Shown here: piece after piece, positions 58,560 to 64,000 of the stretch
Position numbering within the stretch: the stretch's first letter is position 1
Layout: every line of letters begins with the position of its first letter
Source: Eledone cirrhosa
Taxonomy: Eukaryota
Assembly (NCBI GenBank): GCA_964016885.1
Contig: OZ024743.1
Span: forward strand, 11,160,001-11,224,000
Direction: 5' to 3'
DNA length: 64,000 nt
Translations under genes and position numbers: made by a program
The notes under the pieces: model-generated
Seen by the model: the letters and a program-made list of their open reading frames with translations, nothing else
What the model was told of the DNA's origin: nothing
Databases searched by the model: none

Positions 58560-59627
58560 ATGTGTGTGTGTGAAAGAGAACGAAAGAGCGAGTGAGACAG
58601 CAAGACAGAGATCCAGAGGCGAAGTGAACCAACTTCTCTAGAAACGAATAAATATAACCTACTACATATACTGGATTCATTTTTTCCTCTCTTTTATTTT
58701 TTCGACCAATTGTGTACTAAATTATGTTTTCTTTACATAAACATACACGTTTCATTCCTATATACTAGAGAATATTTCTTCTTGTTAAGGTGAGGTTGGG
58801 TGGGGGAATAGCCGACACGAAAGTACGTAAATAAGCAATAAAAAATGGGATAAGTTTCTGCTTTCCTTGATTGACTGTGTATTTGTAGAAGAGGCTAGTT
58901 GGTTGACTAGTCTTTTGTTTATCAAGCGTTTGCCTATTATTATTGGGTCTCCTTGTCTGCCCTGTTGACATCATTATTTGTCCTTTCAATAGGGCTAGGC
59001 TGATCCAAGGCGACTGTGGCTCCATTAATATTTCAGATTTTTCATGGTTTAGTCGAGGTGTCTGTAGTATTTTGTCCATTATTTCATACTGCAACACTTC
59101 ACAGATACTTGTTGAATTTCTTTTATATTTTAGAAACAAAAATGCATTTGGTTTTTTTACATCAATTTCCCTTGAAAATAGTTTTCGTTTTCAGTCAACA
59201 CGGCAAGAATGTCTAGACAACACTTTTATCTCTAAAGTAAAATAATAGGAACCATGTCATTCTTTTTACAATAATTTATTTCTATGTATATAGCTTTTTG
59301 ACCTCGTATATTTACAATTTGACTCTTAAAGCACTTAAATTTTATTGCAGAGAAGGATTATAGTCTATTAAATTTACTCCTGATATGTTATTGGTCATTA
59401 TCAATTGGCCACGTAAAATTAGACATTGAATTAGTGAAATTGTTCCGTCCCCGAATATTTCTAGCATAAGTATGACATCATAATTTATTAGGAAAATAGA
59501 ATGGCTGACACAATTGACCCCAGTGTTTAACAAGTAATTATTGTATCGACCCAAATAAAACGATTAAGAGCAAAGTTGATTTTCATGGCAATTTACCTTC
59601 GAATATAAAATGACATGGTTGTAATAC

Positions 59628-59882
59628 ATAAGAGGGTAAGTCAAAAGATTTCCGGACTAGCCCTTTATTTAAAAAAGAACTTTATCTACATAAGTTTAAA
59701 CACCATCTCCTCCGAAATAGTCCCCTTGTGCAGCAATGCACCCATCCCAGCGTTTCTGCTACTACTGGAATGCGGCCTTGAAGTCATCTTTTGTAAGCTT
59801 GTCAAGAACCTTCTGCGATGTGCTGGATCTCGGCAACAGTGTTAAAACCGCGACCGTTGAGCTTGATTTTCCTCTCCGGGAA
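59628..59882 (-). pseudogene. Mariner transposase C-terminal fragment plus terminal repeat
   Basis: Minus strand KIKLNGRGFNTVAEIQ / KVLDKLTKDDFKAAFQ**QKRWDGCIAAQGDYFGG; TAAGAGGGTAAGTCAAAA end. Confidence 0.82.
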
Positions 59883-59990
59883 TATGGAATGTATATATAT
59901 GGAACGTGGAAAAAATGTACACAAGCTAGAATCTCAGGTTAACGACAAATTGAATAATTAGCTTCAAACATCTCTCCTTTTCTCTCCCCC

Positions 59991-60059
<69 letters not shown>

Positions 60060-60475
60060 ACATATATATATATATGTGGGGGGGGGACGTTTGAGGATAA
60101 CTATTATATTCACCGTTAACCTGAGATTCTCGTTTGTGGGCATTTTAACACATTCTCTTTGTCGCCAGATCGAACCCACAAAAGCAAGGAACTCGGAGTG
60201 AATAAATAAACGCTACTACAAATGTCGAGTGCTTTTTTTCTGATGTTTCTGTTGGAGAAAGCCGGCGTTGAGATTTATGCTGATGTCTTGTGATAAAGGC
60301 TCAAATAACTTGGGTTTCTTTGAAACTAACAGTAATATGGTTTAACAAAGGAAAATGTGTATATAAATTAACTTTATGTTCATGATATTGAGGGCTACAT
60401 AAGAAACCTGCTTGAACACGAATATATGTTTTGCCTTAATAAAATGAATATATGTATATATGTTTCACTAAAGGA

Positions 60476-60539
<64 letters not shown>

Positions 60540-60779
60540 TAGATCCTTTAGTGAAACTATATATATATATATATATATATTCAAGCGGCGTTGAGTAAGA
60601 TATTAGCTCGAAAGACAGAGAACAGCGGCTAGATGTGAGTTGACTGGAAGGAAGGAAGAGAAGATAGGAAGAAGGAAAAAGAATGTATGAGAGTGAACAG
60701 GTCGCAAACATTAAATAATGCTCTTCAGATCTCAACCTCCTGCAGTTTCCCTATGTCTGTTTTTCCTAACATATTAACT

Positions 60780-60856
<77 letters not shown>

Positions 60857-61319
60857 TGTAACCAAAATATGAAATACCCATACTTTTAGTTGGTCACGGA
60901 AGTTGTTCTGTGCCCATAAATCAAGTGTGAGAGAGAGAGAGAGAGAGACAGAGAGAGAAAGAGAGTTAGAAGGAGAGATTAAAAACAAAAGTAAGAGAGG
61001 GGGAATCCACCATCTCCCTTACTTTTATATCAGTGTCTTTGTTTACAAAAATAGAAACGACTACAATAGGCGTTGAAAGCAATAGCAACAAAAACAACAA
61101 ACATATCCAGACATGAATAACAACGTCTATTTTTCTTATTTACCTGTCTGTCCTTTTACGGATCTACCTGTCTATCTACCTACCTATATAGGTATATATA
61201 CTAGAAGAAGAAGAAGAAGAAGAAGAAGAAGAAGAAGAAGGAAAACACAGAGATTTAGATGTCTTCACATAGAATATAGTCAAGGAATTGTTAAAGTGTG
61301 TTTTACTTATACATCTTGT

Positions 61320-61417
<98 letters not shown>

Positions 61418-62495
61418 GGGGAGGAGAAATTTAGTAATACATTTCAGCAGATAACATGAGAATAAAGTATCTCTAAATACCTTTTCCCTTCTCTTCCGTT
61501 TAAGGAGACTTAGGATATTAAAATATATATATATATATGATTATAATTTCTAATATCTTTATTCATCCCTTTATTTATTTATTCACTCCTTTCTACTGTA
61601 ACAACCAAAGCTTTTAGACAATGCTATCAATACAGAGATTCCATAGTATCGAAAGTTACGGGTTGAGAAAAACAAAAATATGTTCATGAGTTGAACTACA
61701 ACAAAAGAATATATCGCAAAGAAAAGAACGAATGACTAACATAAAGGTAAAACGCTGTTGACAGAAAAGAGTCATATATTATATCTACTTAATGAGAACT
61801 TCACAGTAAAGAAAAAGCCCTGTAGAGTTATTGCTATGAAAACTGCTGGGAAACCATGACTATTTGATAGATTTTGAGAAGCTGCTTTTCTTTGTATGAA
61901 GCTTTGTGTTGACATTGTTATTTATTGTCCCACACTTATACAGCTCGAGTGAAATGGATAAACGGATAAAGCATTGTTGATTGTAAGTTTAAATTTATAT
62001 GCTGGCCTTTCATTGTGACTTTAAGCAAAACACCCCATTCTATGGTTTTAATTTCCATAGTTATGTAGAATATGCGCCAGACTTCCACTTAAAGTTACGT
62101 CAAAAAATTGTTTAAAGAAGCGGAACACTCTTGATGTCAGGGTCCTATGTACATGTGGTGACGTCAGACCATGGTATGGTGTCTGTAGGCCACATGAGAT
62201 ATGCCTACAATTGGTATGGGCCTATGATTGGGGCGAGGGTTACTCGCTTCAATTTCAAGTTCTTTTATTCTGTTCAGGTTCCTGTATGTACATTGCATGC
62301 TCTGCATATATATATATAGATTCATCACAGGCAAATACTGTATTAAAGGTCGAGTGACACAACTTCGAGAGATTAGCGGCCTTTAGACTCACCTGATCAA
62401 TGAAACAATTGTTAATACTTGAAATAAAGCCCCTTGTTGTACAGCCGACTATGTTATTCTTCAATCTTTCACTATATATATATATATGTGTGTGT

Positions 62496-62640
62496 GATGT
62501 GAGAAAAGCCACAAACCATCCATCTCAATTCTACTTTTGAAAAGCAGAAGAACTGCGAAACCGGTAAAGGAACCAAATAAATATATATTAAAAAAAAAAA
62601 AGACTCCAGTTGCATTTTCGATTTCATCTTTTTTCCTTAT
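62496..62640 (+). mobile_element. Repeat family C, copy 4
   Basis: GATGTGAGAAAAGCCACAAACC...AACTGCGAAACCGGTAAAGGAACCAAATAAA. Confidence 0.85.
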
Positions 62641-64000
62641 ATATATATATCTCTCCATAGCCCATGCATAAATTATACATATTTATCGCTGATTACTAAA
62701 ATACATAATGATCAGTTTGAAATAGAGCCTACATTTCACATAGGCTTGTTCCTCCTACCCACTTTTGTGTGTGGTAGGCTACATTTTATATTTGGTCACA
62801 ACCAAACACCAGTTTTTATGGATCTGCATGCGAGGGTCGCATGAAGAATAACCTTTTACTTTAATAACAATGTTTATACATAGATAAATCAATAAGGGAA
62901 ACACATGTAATATATAAGTATTATACTCGCATTCCATTTCCATATCTACAATATTGTCTGCCTTAATAAACAGATCAGAGTTTAAATGAAGTTCACTGAT
63001 CGACAGAAAATAACTAACCTGCACGATAAAATGTATCTATTGTATAAAAACGTGATATACATGTTTATATATACTTATATTATACTTAAAGGCTGTCATA
63101 GTGACAGGCTCTCACTATATGCAAACGACCACTTCCAGCCGATGTTTTCTGCTTTGCTCTATACAAATAAGCATCTCTAGCAAGTGATATTCACACAAAC
63201 CTCTTTATAGACTAAAATCTAGTTCATGCCAGTACGTTTTGAGTGAGTTTCACTGATGAATTTTGAAACAGCGCGCTGTCTGACATCCTCAGAACATACC
63301 GCCAAGGAAAATAGAGGAAAATTTATATTTTTTTATTCGGTAGCGAAGCTAACCATATAAGTTTATATATGTTTATATATACATCTCTATTATGCTTAGA
63401 CGCTGTCATAGTGCTACCGCCAATTAAAGTATATTTTATATTACTTTGATAATTGAAATTAACTGGCGGAAATTCGTAATGTAATTTTTATAAACTGCCA
63501 CGTTTTGCTGAAGAATCTTTCATAAAATGAGAACCAAACTACATGCCAACCTTTCGGTGTATATTTATTTCAGTATTTTCGGAAACAATAAAAAAGTTAT
63601 TTTATCACATAAATGATTTCCTATCTCCACCTCTGTTTTTCTTTTCTTTCTTTTCTGTCTCATCCCCATCATTCTCATTTTTGTCACCATTATTTAAGAC
63701 GCTATGCCCCTTAATCTTTCTTCGTGGCTGGTTAATTTCACCGCTGACCCCGCTTCTTTTCTTTAACTATAGATGGATGCAAACCCATCTCCACCCATTA
63801 AAGTATTTCTTTCCCAGAAAATGTATCTGATTGCAGATAATTCTGAGCCTAAGGTCTAGCCTGTTCCTTATCTCTTCCCCACTAGTCCGTAAAATATAAA
63901 ATTAAAACCTTTTCAGATAATATAAGCGACACACAGATGATTTACGATTATTACATAGAGACGTAAATTGCTAAATATATTCGTCTGTTGAACAGATTCT

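Noticed and set aside
58765-59245. Overlapping 66-124 aa ORFs
   Set aside because: No identifiable domain; may be decayed transposon sequence but cannot be supported

Overview
AT-rich, repeat-dominated eukaryotic (animal) non-coding DNA. The SINE families and the huge (TA)n/(GT)n/(GA)n load resemble octopus (cephalopod) DNA; this is an inference from recognition, not a search result. I found no host protein-coding gene. The long IYIY/CVCV/HTHT ORFs are microsatellite translations. Real coding remnants are all transposon-derived: three Penelope-like elements (RT and/or C-terminal GIY-YIG, Neptune-type linker), RTE-like, R4/Dong-like, CR1/L2-like and L1/Tx1-like LINE fragments, and mariner ends. 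There are also many tRNA-derived SINEs, hAT/pogo-type MITEs and Helitron-like ends. The main hidden signal is a dense set of type I hammerhead ribozyme (HHR) motifs. By eye there are about 15 well-formed copies plus several degenerate or half copies, in roughly ten distinct sequence families. Almost all sit in short non-coding islands embedded in (TA)n tracts, arranged as outward-facing palindromes, 466-520 bp partial tandem units, or Penelope 3' ends. Several inversion or truncation breakpoints map to the HHR helix III/cleavage site or fold back around (TA)n tracts. This suggests a (TA)n-targeted Penelope/retrozyme-like ribozyme retroelement system. All structures were folded by eye and coordinates may be off by a few bases.
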